A DNA stretch of 64,000 bases. It comes from Penicillus capitatus. Taxonomy: Eukaryota; Plantae; Chlorophyta. The translations under genes were made by a program, and so were the position numbers. The notes under the pieces are model-generated. The model ran no database searches, was not told where the DNA came from, and saw only the letters and a list, made by a program, of their open reading frames with translations. Each line of letters opens with the position of its first letter. Position 1 is the first letter of the stretch. Where the stretch lies: the NCBI GenBank assembly GCA_965649825.1, contig OZ287700.1, forward strand, positions 248,001-312,000. Reading direction: 5' to 3'. Shown piece after piece: positions 47,044-59,178 of the stretch.

Positions 47044-50000
47044 CTATTGCCGCGCCGTCGCTTTCAATTTCTGGCGGAATTGATGGAGACGTATCTGCAA
47101 AGACGCAGCATCGATGTAACGGCGACGTGAAAGGCATAGAATCATACCTGCGGATTTTTGCGCTGTTCGCGCCACTGCTTCTGTGTGCGTTGTCGACGCT
47201 GTCTTTTCCACGATTTATAATAGTTCTGTGCTGTTTGTTCGTTCTGAAAGCCCCACTGGTCGAGTGACGCCTCGAGAGATGACTCTTCTGCCGGCGGCGG
47301 CGGCGGCGGCGCTTGTGGAGTGGAGGAGCCGGGATTTGAGAAAGTCACATCAATGGGATCTTCTTCCATACATTGCTCCTCGAGCCATGCCATATCTTCC
47401 GATCCAAAATCCATGTCCTGCAGAAAATCGTCCATCGATTGGAGCTGCGCCTCTTGTTGGGCTCTTCTGAGTCGATTGCGCAGGAAATGGCAACGGAAGT
47501 GGCTTTGAATGAGGGTTGCTGCCTTTTCTTGGCGTTCCCTGATCGATCGCCTCTTCTGGAGGAGATAGCGCCGAAAATACCTCTGGATCAGCACAGCCGC
47601 CCATTCCCTGCGTTGCTCGATCTGGAGTCTCTTAGCAGATAGTCGGCATCTCCATCGACGCTGAATGGTCAACACAGCCTCTTTGATTCTCCGGAGATCT
47701 GCCTCGAAGGCCATTCTCCATCTCCGCGTCCTCCATCTGCTTTGTATCACCTTGGCCCAATGTACCAGTTCTTGCTAAACAGCAAACGACAGGCAATGAT
47801 CGGGCGCTAAGGGTGACAGACGGTGGACCTTGATCAATTGCTCGAAGTAGAGGTCGGAGTAGATGATATGGGAGTCGAGTTGAGAAGCGGATGGCGTTTT
47901 GAGCTGCTGAATGGCAGCGCATCGGCGATTTCTCTGTTCTTTCTCGACTCTGGCCTGCAGAGCGCTGTGCGCTGGCATCAGAATCTCGTGAGAAAGACTC
48001 GATGTGCGACTCCGACAGTCCATCTCATTACAGAGCCACAAATTCTGCAGCACCCTCCAGTCCAGTTCTGCATCAAAAGCTGTACGCGAGGCAAGTGTCC
48101 CGCAATGACGCTCCGACGGAAGCCTTGTGGACAAGATCGAGCATTCCTGCTGTTTGGAGTGATACACTCTGTGACGTCTTCGTTGTCTCGATGGAATTCT
48201 CTCATTGTTGAGTGATGTGACCCAAGGACAGAATTCCAGAAGAATGTCAGCGGCATCAGGGTTTTGGATGGTCACTGGATTGTCATTGAAGATGATCGAC
48301 TGCAGAGACGGCATCTGGCGAAGTACGCAGAATCCTTTTACCTCTGTGAAGCCATTGAAAGACAGATCCACGTGCTTCAATCGAAGCATCGCCTCCATTC
48401 CTGTCAGATCGGATACGTGATTGCATCGCAGGGACAGTCGCTCCAGCGAGGGCAAGAAGAAACGGCCGTCGACGGATGACAGAGCATTGTCATTGAGATA
48501 GAGTGTCGTCAAGCAAGGCAACGCAATCTCAGGAAACTGCTCCTCCAGTCCATTACTCGATGCATCAAGCCACTTCAGTTGTGAACACCGGTGCAGATCC
48601 TGAACAGCACCTCCACAACATTGAAGCCTTCAACTGGATAAGGGCACCGTGAGTTGGTGAATGCTGTTGTGACCGATGCTGAGATGCCGTAGCGCCACGA
48701 GTAATGTGATGTCATCCAGCCACTGGAGATCATTGTCCGAGACATCCAGGAATGTCAAGGCTGTACAGGATCCGATGGTATGCTCCAGAGAATCGATACG
48801 ATTTCCAGATAGGTTCAGCCAACGGAGATGGTCCAGATGCCAATGCCCCACTCGCTCAATGTCATTGTTCCCCAAATGCAAACTCTCCAGACGATGCAAT
48901 GGGTTGATCTCAGATGCAACATGTCGAATGGCATTGACCTAGAGACGACGGTGTGGGGTGGCGAGAGTCGATGGTTTAGCGATCGACCTCAGCTGAAAGG
49001 ACCTTCAGGTGCTTTGCTTTTGCGAGTCCCTCGAGCGATGTGAGTTCGTTGTTGCTGATGTTTAGATAACATAGTTTTGGCAGCAGAGCGCCGAGATCGA
49101 CGTCGATGCCTTGGATTTCTTCGGAAGACAAATTCAGATGGGTGATGTTGTGGAAGTTAACAGATTTGCAGTGCCGGATCAGATTCTGCACCGTGAGCGT
49201 GGACGAAAGGCGGACTGGATTTCTGAAGGGTCGCAGAGAAGATGACTCAGAGATCTGAGCAGCAGAAACGCCAGGCGATATATGACCGTCTTCACTTGCG
49301 AGATTTCTCCAAAACTGCAGCCCACTCAAGACAGCCTAAAAAATGCGAGACGGCATGTCTCTCACATCTGGATCCTGTCACCTCTCGCGCCGTATGTTTT
49401 TGTTTGTAGGTGTTTACGGGCTGCACAGGGAAGAGAGCATCACGAAGGGGAGCGTTTCTGTAAGTGTCATGTATTTGGACGCCGGCTCCTGTTGAGTAGT
49501 CTATCCTCATCAACACGAGGCTCTCTGGACAATCGCCTCCTCGATCGTTCTCTCACAAAGAACGGTATCCACCTTTGAGCGCCTGCAGTTTTGCACGTTT
49601 CACAGTCTCCCGTTGTTCTTGGATTTCTCGCTGGATTCGATAAACTCTTTGCTTTGCGATCCATGCCCTGAACATCGATTGGATCGTGATGGCTGCCTTT
49701 GTTCTGAATGCAAAACGCGTCTCAAGTTTCTGCTGGACTGTCACATCGAGTGACCTTTTCTCACAGCGTTCTTTCCAGAACCGCACAACAGCATGGAAGA
49801 TCTTAACAGAGGCACAACGCTTTCGAGCATGCTTTCGAAATGCATGTCGTGCCATCTCTTCTTTCTGCTTGCGCTTTGCCTCTCTGTCCTCGAGCTCTTT
49901 CTCCTGCAGAAAAGACAAGGGGTATGGCTAAAGGCTGGCATGATGTTGCCAACGTTTGAGTGCTGCAGTGCCCTCCATTTCAGCATTGTATCGTCAGGCT

Positions 50001-50403
50001 CGACATCTGCTGTTGTCACTTGGCAATGGTGTCCTCCCAGAACATCCAATTCGCTTGGCCAGTATTCCGTGAAATCTGAGGCTTGATCGTCTGCCAGTGC
50101 GGCGGCAGTCGTTTCTACTGGCGTGCCAGCCTCCAGTTCTTCTTTGTCTTGGATTGGGTATTCCTCATAACCGCCTTCGATGGCAGAACTGCCGATGAGA
50201 TAACTGCTTATCGTTTCTGGACAATCTTCTCCATCTCCGATGTGTTTTTCGTAAACATCTGCGAGGAATGACAGAGTGCTGTTGATCTCTTCAGCAAAAA
50301 CATCAAGGCGTCTTTGTTCTCCCTCAAGCGATGCTCTTAGTGCTTCAAACGCAGGCAAGTGCGACATGATGGTCTCATGTTGTATTTTTAGCTGCGTTGA
50401 CAT
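47044..50403 (-). CDS. Leucine-rich repeat and IQ-motif protein (LRRIQ1-like), multi-exon
   Basis: Four IQ motifs (AAITIQSMFRAW, AVLTIQRRWRC, AAVLIQRYFRR, AATLIQSHFRC), many SDS22-type LRRs (LxxLxLxxN) and C-terminal WGFQNEQTA. A 53-nt intron joins KNPQ to IRLHQFRQKLKATARQ-stop at 47044. Confidence 0.78.
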
Positions 50404-50458
50404 CCGTCAGATCGCCATGGAATTGAAATCGTGCTCATTGACCGACACGGAACCACAG

Positions 50459-51326
50459 ATGCAATCAATTTTCACTCTCATGCGCATTTCGCTTCCGCGC
50501 ACGAAGACCACGACCGGCGTGAGATCGTTACGCCCAACGGCCGGTCTCATCTTTTGTTGTCAGAAAACGGTGTCAAACGGCAAAGGTTTACGAGCAGGGG
50601 TCGATCACGTCACTGAAATGGATGCAGGGAGAAAGGTAACGGCGGGCGATGTTGTCCAGATTCGTTTCTCGTGCAGAGAAGCTGATGATCAGGTTTCTGC
50701 CTTCTCTCTGAGATGATGTTGCCTTCAGAGCGCGGTTTCTAGCGGACAGGCGGGCCGTGGATCAAAAATGAATTGTTGACATTTGAAGTGGGCGCTGGAG
50801 AGTTTGTTGGCAATAAGCTGTTTCAAGTACAGAGCCGTCTGACGTTTCGATCAAATGCCATCGATCGATTCCGCAGGGATTCGACGAAGCAGTTCGTGGC
50901 ATGGAGAAAGGTGAAACCACTGTGCTTGAGGTATGCTCCCCGGGTGGCAGGAAATCCGTCTGTCACATGGTGTCGGCATGGCGTGAAGACGGACGGCGGA
51001 GAGTGGAATGCCGACTTGCTCTTCAAGATTCCTGTTTCGCATCCAGAGATTGAGAGACTCAAAGGCCGCTATCAAAAGTCCGTTCAACAATTTGCCGAGA
51101 TGGACTGTTTATGCGAAAAAACCCCTCTTGCGTTTTTATTAGTCAAGGAGGATTAGAGAAGGGGAGAGTGGTGGAGTTGGTGAACAAGCAACTCGCATTA
51201 GTTGTCGATGTTAATGCAACGCACGTCACACTCGATGCGAATAATATGATGGCAGGGAAGAGGGTTGTTTTTGACGTCTCGCTTGAAGATATTCTCCCAA
51301 CGAGTCCCAAAGAAGAGGACACTTAA
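50459..51326 (+). CDS. SlyD/SlpA-type FKBP peptidyl-prolyl isomerase-like protein, probably organelle-targeted
   Basis: GDVVQIRF, LTFEVGAG, and C-terminal VVDVNATHVTLDANNMMAGKRVVFDVSL (compare SlyD VxxDxNHPLAGKxLxFxV). The start (50417 or 50459) is uncertain. Confidence 0.72.
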
Positions 51327-51741
51327 GAAGAGTGAGAACTAAAACATTGAGAGGTCAAGTTGCGAAGCTCGTCAGGCTGACGACTTCTTCGCCGAAACGG
51401 GGTCTTTATGTGGATGCGTGGAAAACGACCGAAAGAAAAGAATCGTCAAAACAGAAACCTTGGTGATCTGTTAGGAGCAGTTGTCGGCAATTGTCTCCTC
51501 GTGCATGCTTCGATATGAAAGATCGATGGTTAAGTACGTGGTCAGTGAGGTCACTTCGTGCGGGAACAAAACCGTCGTTGTGTGGACGACTTCCACACTC
51601 CACGACATCGCACGCGATGCCAAAAAGACTGTTTCAAAATCTTCCGCGTTTTCGATCAGGACGGCAGTAGATCCGATGTGAAAAAGACAGAAATGCTCAT
51701 CAGATAAAAGAACCGTCCATCCTCAAGACATCCGAGAAACG

Positions 51742-52318
51742 TTATGCATCATTCTCGTCAACGGACTTCGAAGATAATGCGTTTGGCTTCTGATTTCCAT
51801 AACGAGGTGTCTTACACCATCCACGAATACATCCAAGCTCGGTCGTCTGAGATGGAAAGTGTTGGAAACCCCTGCACATGAATGTGGAGTCACACCAGTC
51901 CCATGCGAGAGTGCCTGAATACAGCCAGGCTGTTTGACAGACTGCGGACAGATGGGATGACCTACCCACTCTGCCCAAACAAGAGTGTAGCTGGCATTCC
52001 TCCCAGGTGCCAGTAAGAAATGGATACTGAGGCTCTTCGTCCCATTTTTCTCCCTTTGCGAATCCCTCTACGCCACCACAGTGGAGGGGAGGAGACTTAC
52101 GCTGTATCGTACTTTTATTCGTGTGCGCCTCTGGCAAGACCATTTTGCTGTAGACGAGTTCTTGCTCAACAACAGCTGCTGTTGTGATCTGTCGGTGAGC
52201 ACTTGCCTATCGAGCCGCCGAAAGATCGTCACTGAAGGTTACAAACGTTAGACGAAGAGAGTACCGCGTGGAAGCAGGTAAGAGCGACGAGAGCGAACAG
52301 CGTTGCGTTTATCGACAT
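51742..52318 (-). CDS. Candidate small secreted Cys/Trp-rich protein
   Basis: Signal-peptide-like MSINATLFALVALTCFHAVLSSSN. A 58-nt GT-AG intron joins it in frame to the ORF containing TWEECQLHSC...CQTAWLY...WDWC...C...GC..GWC. Confidence 0.4.
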
Positions 52319-54448
52319 GTTTGTGACAGGCGTTCGAAAAACGTCAGGGGAAGATAGACGCAAGCGCAGCAGAGAAGATCGTAGCGGTCGAGAAATCTGT
52401 TCAGAATTAGGCAATACCGTTGCTAGCGTTTCTATTCCAGGCTGCGAAATGAAAAGATCGCCTGCAGTTGTGGTAGTCCTCCCGTTGGCTGGTGGAAACA
52501 GTTTCCCCTTCGGCTGTTTCCTCAACACATAGATAGTACTGGCAATGCGTTGCCCACGTATGTGGACTTCGAACGCAAAGCTGATTCGAACCAAGACAAG
52601 CGGCAACTTCGACCGACAATAAAGAAAGGTTACTTGAGCTCGAAAGAGTCGACGGCGAAGCTTGATAAACGACGTGACGGGAAATAAAGCTTAAGAAAAC
52701 GGCGGCTGCGTTCCACTGTGTTTTAACTTAGTGCGACATTAAGTCGGACAGACGCTGTCAACGACAGGGCCAAGAATAGAGAAGGCTGGTTTCCTGAACC
52801 ACTTGAGACTCGTCGCTGGACTTCATCGACACGACTGCGAGGAGCAACAGAACCAAATACGGAGGATATCCTCGACTTGTGAAATCCAACGCCACCTTAC
52901 TCCAGACAAACGCAAAGAGCAACGGCGCTGGACGGAACGGAGGCTTCTTGAGCGCGGAAGAATTGTCGGCGATCTTGGTTGGCACGACAGCGACAAGAAC
53001 AGTGTTCGTAGACATGGCGGCTGCATCTACGGGATGAACTCTACGAAGTTGAACGTCGTGTGCTCGGAAATCTCTGAAGAAGCGTGGTCGATTTTGGCGG
53101 TTTGGCCACGGCAGCAGAAACAGCGCAGCCTATCTGGAGGTCTCCGTGTCGGAGAACGACAAGTCCGAGAACGTTGGCGCTGTGTTGCCAAGTCAGATTC
53201 GCTTGTCTCAGCAAAAAGAATCTTTCTATTGTTCACTGCGAGGCGGACCACGACGGCGGTGGTATGGGCAACGCTTCCTCGACCTTTCGACGCGCCCATT
53301 GCATCCTTCGTGCTGACGTGGCTAAAACGGGGGGATAGCGGCGCTGTCTGATTAGAAGCAAGAGGTAATCAGTCGCCGACGGCTCTGCTGCAATTACCGC
53401 GTACTGAACAAGAAAGCAGATATCGGAGGAGAGCATCTGTGACGCTTTCAGCCAAAAGCGACACTGTTTTCTTTCTCACGAGGCTGTCTGTGTTGCACTT
53501 GCGATAGCGAAACGCTTGTCGCATAGCGTGTGCACAGGATTTATTTAGTTACCGCAGAGAATATCGATTCAAAGCGACTGCCGTCGGCACCAACTGCCTT
53601 ATGAAACCGGCGAAAGGAGAGAGGGGTCAGAGAATGGTTCTGTTATTCGGAGGATACATTACAAACGCATGCACGAGAGTCTCCCTGTGCCTCGTGAACG
53701 TACGTCAGTGATTTCACGGAGTTTCATCGAGCGTTGGTCACAAGGGCGTTGCAGCGGTCTGAGTTCGGAAAACGATTCGGATTACGATTAGACTACAGGA
53801 CTGTGACTGTCGACCTTCTTCACAGTCGATTTGCTCCTTGGGATAACGAAATAATTGACTCTGCCCGTCGAATCTTCGTCTTACGGATTCATCCTATGTC
53901 CTCCATGCCGCAAGTCTCTCCAGTTTGTCAACGCGTCTCGAAGAGGTCGGCTTTGGAATTGGAGCCAGCGAACTTCTCTGCTTCCGCAGTAAATTCTGTG
54001 GTCTATTATTCTCTAGTCCCACTCTCCGCCGCTGCCTCGACGCTCCACTGACAAAGAGTGGTCGACGAACCGATCGAAATCCACTTAGAACTCATTTTTC
54101 ACCCGTTCTATGGCTCGTACCCTCGAGTATGTCGAAACCGTTGCGCGATTTGTCGATACCTGGGCGGGGACTAGGTAAAGCGCAGACACGTGAGCCAGTG
54201 TCGGCTACAAGAGTGCGCTCGAAATCCATCGTTTATATGGCTGGCTGGCTCTCAGCACTCCACTGACGGAGGTGGTCGGTCAGTATTTGCAGACGGTGTC
54301 GTACATAATCGGCTAAACCGAGTGGGATGCTTTGTTCTGCATTGAGACGACGACGCAACGTGACACACATTAGACGCGGCGACCACGTGTCTCGGGCCAA
54401 ATCGCGCGGAACCTCGGAAGGAATCGCTTTTCGCCGTTGCAATAAACG

Positions 54449-55270
54449 ATGTCCACATGGCCTCAACGAAAACCGAAGACGTGTGTGCTCTGTGGGCTTG
54501 GCGAAGACGGTTCTTGTGACAACGTCGAGCTTACCGTCCGTCGCGAAGACAGTTGCACTCAAACAGAACCTGACGAAGTTCGTCGCCCCGCGACGCGCGA
54601 GAAGGCGTTGACGGAACGTCGCTGTACAGAGAACGACGTGGCGTTGCCGCACTTCCACATAGACCCGTCGTTCTCAAAACTCTTTCAATTGACTAAAGTC
54701 GAGCACCCGATAGACACAAGGCGGAACGGAGAGCCAAGTGAGGAGAGTGAGATGAAGGGACCGTCTGGGGAACGACCGCTCCTCGTATCCAGTCGCACGT
54801 GGTGCTCCGTCAATATCAGTGGACCGCGTCTGAACAAACTGTGTGATTTATTGGACGAACTCGGTGTGGACCAAGAAACGTGGGACAAAAGGAACAGAAC
54901 TGTATGGTGTTTTATGCTGGGGGACTATCTGAGAACTGTTGGGACGACCCGCATTCAGCGCCAAGACGTCAAAAGGCGTTTCGATGTGCTGAAGCGCGTG
55001 GAAGACATCCTCGAGATCTGCCCAGATGCGCATCCGGAGGCCGCTTTCGATTTGTGTGTGACGCAATCCGATGCCGGACCAGTTGAGTTTCGGGCGCTGA
55101 AGGATAAGATTCGTCAGGTCTTTCGCGCAGAAAGCGGCAGAATTCTGCGTCATCTGACCCGCGCTGAGATGAGAATGCTGGAACGAACGCCTCTGGCAGA
55201 AGAAGCTTGGCCACTTCAGAAACGCGGAATGGGCAGCATGGCATTTTTTGGCTCTCTCCTGAATCTATGA
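54449..55270 (+). CDS. XPA-like family paralog 8 (intronless, dispersed, degenerate N-terminus)
   Basis: CVLC...GSCDNVELTV (second Cys pair eroded), WCFMLGDYLR, CPDAHPEAAFDLC...AGPVEFRALKDKIRQVFRAESGRILRHL...TPL. Confidence 0.75.
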   Translation: MSTWPQRKPKTCVLCGLGEDGSCDNVELTVRREDSCTQTEPDEVRRPATREKALTERRCTENDVALPHFHIDPSFSKLFQLTKVEHPIDTRRNGEPSEESEMKGPSGERPLLVSSRTWCSVNISGPRLNKLCDLLDELGVDQETWDKRNRTVWCFMLGDYLRTVGTTRIQRQDVKRRFDVLKRVEDILEICPDAHPEAAFDLCVTQSDAGPVEFRALKDKIRQVFRAESGRILRHLTRAEMRMLERTPLAEEAWPLQKRGMGSMAFFGSLLNL

Positions 55271-56731
55271 GCGTGCTACACAGTGATCTCTCCCATTTGC
55301 TGAGAACAGAACCTGTCAAGGACAGGACAACCGACGAATCAAACATTATATCTTGGCTGTGATTGAGGGTTTTGGCGATAACAGGGTTTGGCGATCCGTT
55401 TTGGATGTTGGAGACAAGCTTCCGAACGGACAGTGCCGTGCATTAGATGATAGAGTGTGACATCGACATCGCATCACGCTGAGGTTTATTGCGAGCTGAT
55501 GTGGTTCGGCATCGGATGTTCTCGATCTCGACAGCCACATGTATCGCATTGCCTCAGCAAACTAGCTAGTTGTGACCAAATCGAGCACCTTGTGTATCTT
55601 CGCTGTAAAGAAATTTAATGTTTCGGCAGCGCGCCGTCCGACTGTCTTCGACTCCATCGCCTGTGCTGCGGAGAGAGTCATGGGAACGTCGCCATCAGAC
55701 CGACGGCGATCGCTCGATGGTATACAGAGTGGTACGTTTTTGATGAACTGTGACTGAGCACGTGTTTACTTCGTGCTGACTGACTGACTCGACAGGAAAA
55801 ACGAGTAGTGGAGCGCTGTCCGGAATGCTAACCTGGATTGCTGTCTCCTACGTAATTGATAGGCTGCATTTTGCAAAGATATTCAAACTTCTTTGCCTGA
55901 AAAATAATCCGCGGGAGATACGCCGAAAGGTGTTCCATGTTCAAGTTTGGCGTAACTTTCAGCGATGACGACCGACGCATTATGGAGGTCGTTAAGAAGG
56001 CAGAAATCGTCCTTGGTGTCACTAAGCTCGACGTGTGCAGAACAGAGGCACAACAGTGAACAATGTGTCGGACATTGCAAGCAGTGACCCTTGATCCAGA
56101 AGCGAATTGCCGATCATCCCCTCTTAATTCGGATACTTCCCCGAGCGTTTCAGTGCAACGGCGTTATCTCTGATCAGAAAAAGCAGGAGGCTTCAGCAGA
56201 AAAAACACAAACCCTATCACTGTTTGCCGAGCGACTGAACACTCGCGGTCCTGCTCCGTGATCCGCAGTTCGCTATCTTGATGTTCTACACTTGGAGAAT
56301 CGATTCTGAAGCGTCGTTTCGTCCTTTCGTGCATTGTTGTGTGATTCTATGTGCGTGTTAACAAACAAGTGCCGATGACAGATAAACTTCGTTGCAGTAT
56401 GGGTCGAGGCTGTTCATCGCCTTACGACCCCCGAGGCAGGAAGATCAGAGTATATCACCTATCGCGTGGAAACGAGAAGCGAATTCGTTCCTTCGTGTCA
56501 TGCCAATACCGACAAGGTGAAGTTACACGGAAAAGACAGTCTGTTCTAACAATACTGTCTGTCCTCTATAGATTTTGTGATCGACAATGTTCCAGGGCAC
56601 AAGGAAGACAGAGGTCTGAATCCATCGTATCCTCCACAACATACAGACTTCCAACTGTTTTAGACTGCGTCCCAAAAAAAGGCGTGGAAATATTAATGCA
56701 GAATGACGGTGAAAACGACATGACCTCTATT

Positions 56732-58539
56732 CTACTGCAAAACTGCTTCGATCACGAATGGACCCTTATTCGCTTCTAAGGCGGTTCGGAAATAATGCAC
56801 CAGCTCCTGTGTGTTCCGAGCTTTCTCGGCACGAATCCCCATCGACCCCGCGAGTTGCACCCAGTCGATGGCCGGTTTCGAGAGATCGGTCATCTGTGAC
56901 AGTGCCGAGCCCCTAAAATTCTGAATGTTCTGTCGCGCTGTTTCACGTTTGAGTATAGTGTAGCTCCTGTTGGAGCAAATAATGGTGATAATGTTCAGGT
57001 TCTCCTTTGCTTGTGTCCAGAATGCCTGTCGTTATCAGATCGTTCATCGAGAAGCAGAGGGTAAGGGACGGACCTGCGGTGAGAACATGGCACTGCCGTC
57101 GGCTTGAAGATTGATAACGATCCGTTCTGGACAGGCGATGGCTGCACCGACCGACATTGCGGGCCCGCTGCCGATGGCGCCTCCTGTTAGATGCAGATGT
57201 GTAAACGGCGGACATCCCTTTGAGGATTCCCAATAATGCGCTCCGCTGGTCATAGATTCATCGACGACGATGGCGTTCTCTGGCTGGTACCTAGCGACGA
57301 TCGCACAGAGTTGTTGGGCAGTCAGCGCACCCCTCAAAGCCATGCTTGGGTGAGAGGGCGGTACGAACACACCCGAGCAGTTATGCTCAGGAACAATGGA
57401 TTGCGCGTCCGTCTGCGCGAAGAGGTAGCGGATAGCAGCCTTCGTGGCATTGCCAGCTTCAATTCGCCAAATGCAGTCGTCTCCCAGCGAAACCACTTCG
57501 CTGGGTCCATCCTCATAGCCATAGCAGGCAACGGGTACACGACAGTCCAGGGTCACGATGAGCTCAAATGCAGAGAGTTCCTCCTTGGCTTCTTTGGGGT
57601 ATAGCGGGAGTCGACGCATGTGCGGGCGACCGTAGCCGCGATCGATTCGAGAAAACAAGTAGTGGCAGTACAACACGGCTCCGAGCTTTGCGGCGATCTT
57701 TCCAACCATGACAACGGTGTCATCGTCTGCCAGGGTTGCCTGACCGCCCACCAGGATGGCCACCTTTCCCTGCTCTTTCTCACTTATCTTCTCGACGCAG
57801 TTGTCAAGTAGGGTCCGCATCTCTTCGTTGACGCTGTCCTCTGCCTCTGGCAACGGTGAAGGATGAACCTCGGATGACGCTCCGTCGCTGACTTCTTCCC
57901 ATGACAGATCGTGGGGCACGACGAGTGCAGCAATACGACTCTGTGTAAGATTCTCCGGGTAGAAGTCGGCGTCGCGGTAAGTCTCGCTGGCGGCGAGCTT
58001 CAGGTCTTGAATTGTTCTGGGAACGCGGACGGAGCTTGCCACTGTCCTGACCAGACCTAAAAACACGTCCCGTCCGTCGGTCGCGAAAACGCAGAAACCG
58101 CCGCCGTACCTTCGATGTCCATGTTCAGAGGCACGTCCACTCCGGAGTGCCACGTTGCGACATCTCCGACGATAGCGACGACAGGACTGCGCGCTTTCTT
58201 GGCGTTGTGGAAGTTCGCAATACCGTTGGCGAATCCCGGTCCCATGTGCAGGAGACACGCAGCCGGCTTTCTGCGCATCCTCGCATACCCGTCACACGCA
58301 CCGGAGCAGACGGTTTCGTGCAGGGCGAGCACGGACCGAACTCGCGGTTCCGCGGTCAGGGACTTGACGAGCCACATTTCAGTGGTTCCGGGATTGACAA
58401 AGCAAACGTCGACGCCTGCGTCCGCCAGTGTTTCGACGACAACGTCGGATCCAGTCTTCGCCTTCGGCGCGCCAAAACAGTTCGTGAAGGCGGCACAGGG
58501 CACAGAACTGCGACCGTTCGGGGAACCAAAACGCTTCAT
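56732..58539 (-). CDS. Thiamine-diphosphate enzyme of the bacterial acetolactate-synthase-like / benzoylformate-decarboxylase-like group, multi-exon
   Basis: GVDVCFVNPGTTEM, LALHETVCSGACDGYARM, LLHMGPGFANGIANFHNA, VGDVATWH, TGGAIGSG, ThDP motif QADGSAM...SNRSY, ending GPFVIEAVLQ-stop at 56732. Confidence 0.9.
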
Positions 58540-59178
58540 CGTAACAGACACTGTCGAATCGCGAATGTTAACTGGACGAGAGGTTGAGCAATAAACGTGA
58601 ATAACGCCTCTAGAAGAAGAATAAATAGGAAATGTCGCCTCGCGATGCCGATTGAGCGAGAAGCTGCGTTCCAGACCACCGACGCCTTCGGTCGCCATTG
58701 ACTGTCCTGGCCAATGGAAGAACGCGACTGTTTTGATGATCTGTTGGAGCCACAGAAGACTCGACTGAACTGTTAAGCCACGGAGATGAATCCAGTGGCG
58801 ACGAGAGCGTTGCAAGAGAAACTTTTTCCTCTTCCGCTTTGCTGTCTGCCTGTTCTCGGCGCGTCGATACTGTTAGCAGCAAGCGCGCGTCGATATGAAA
58901 CTCGGATTACAGGCGAGTCCGCGTGAAATCGATTGTTTCTTCGCAGCCGAGTCGGTTTGCGCCACCTCGGCGTCCTGTCGTACGTGTTGAGAATTCTGCG
59001 CGTGAGAGACGACGGTGTCACCGAACCTCTCGGCCATTGAATGGAGTTTTGCTGAAGGAGGCGGTCCTGGAACATGAGCAGGCAGGGCGTCGGGTGGCAA
59101 CGCCACGAGTAGAAATGCTTGCCCATCGTCTTGCATGAAATCGATGAAGCGACGTGCGTTTCGACGATTTGTGCGTCG

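Noticed and set aside
52400-56700. Several 60-180-aa ORFs around paralog 8 (e.g. 52803-53351, 53027-53299, 56351-56779)
   Set aside because: No recognisable motifs or coherent splice models; left uncalled.
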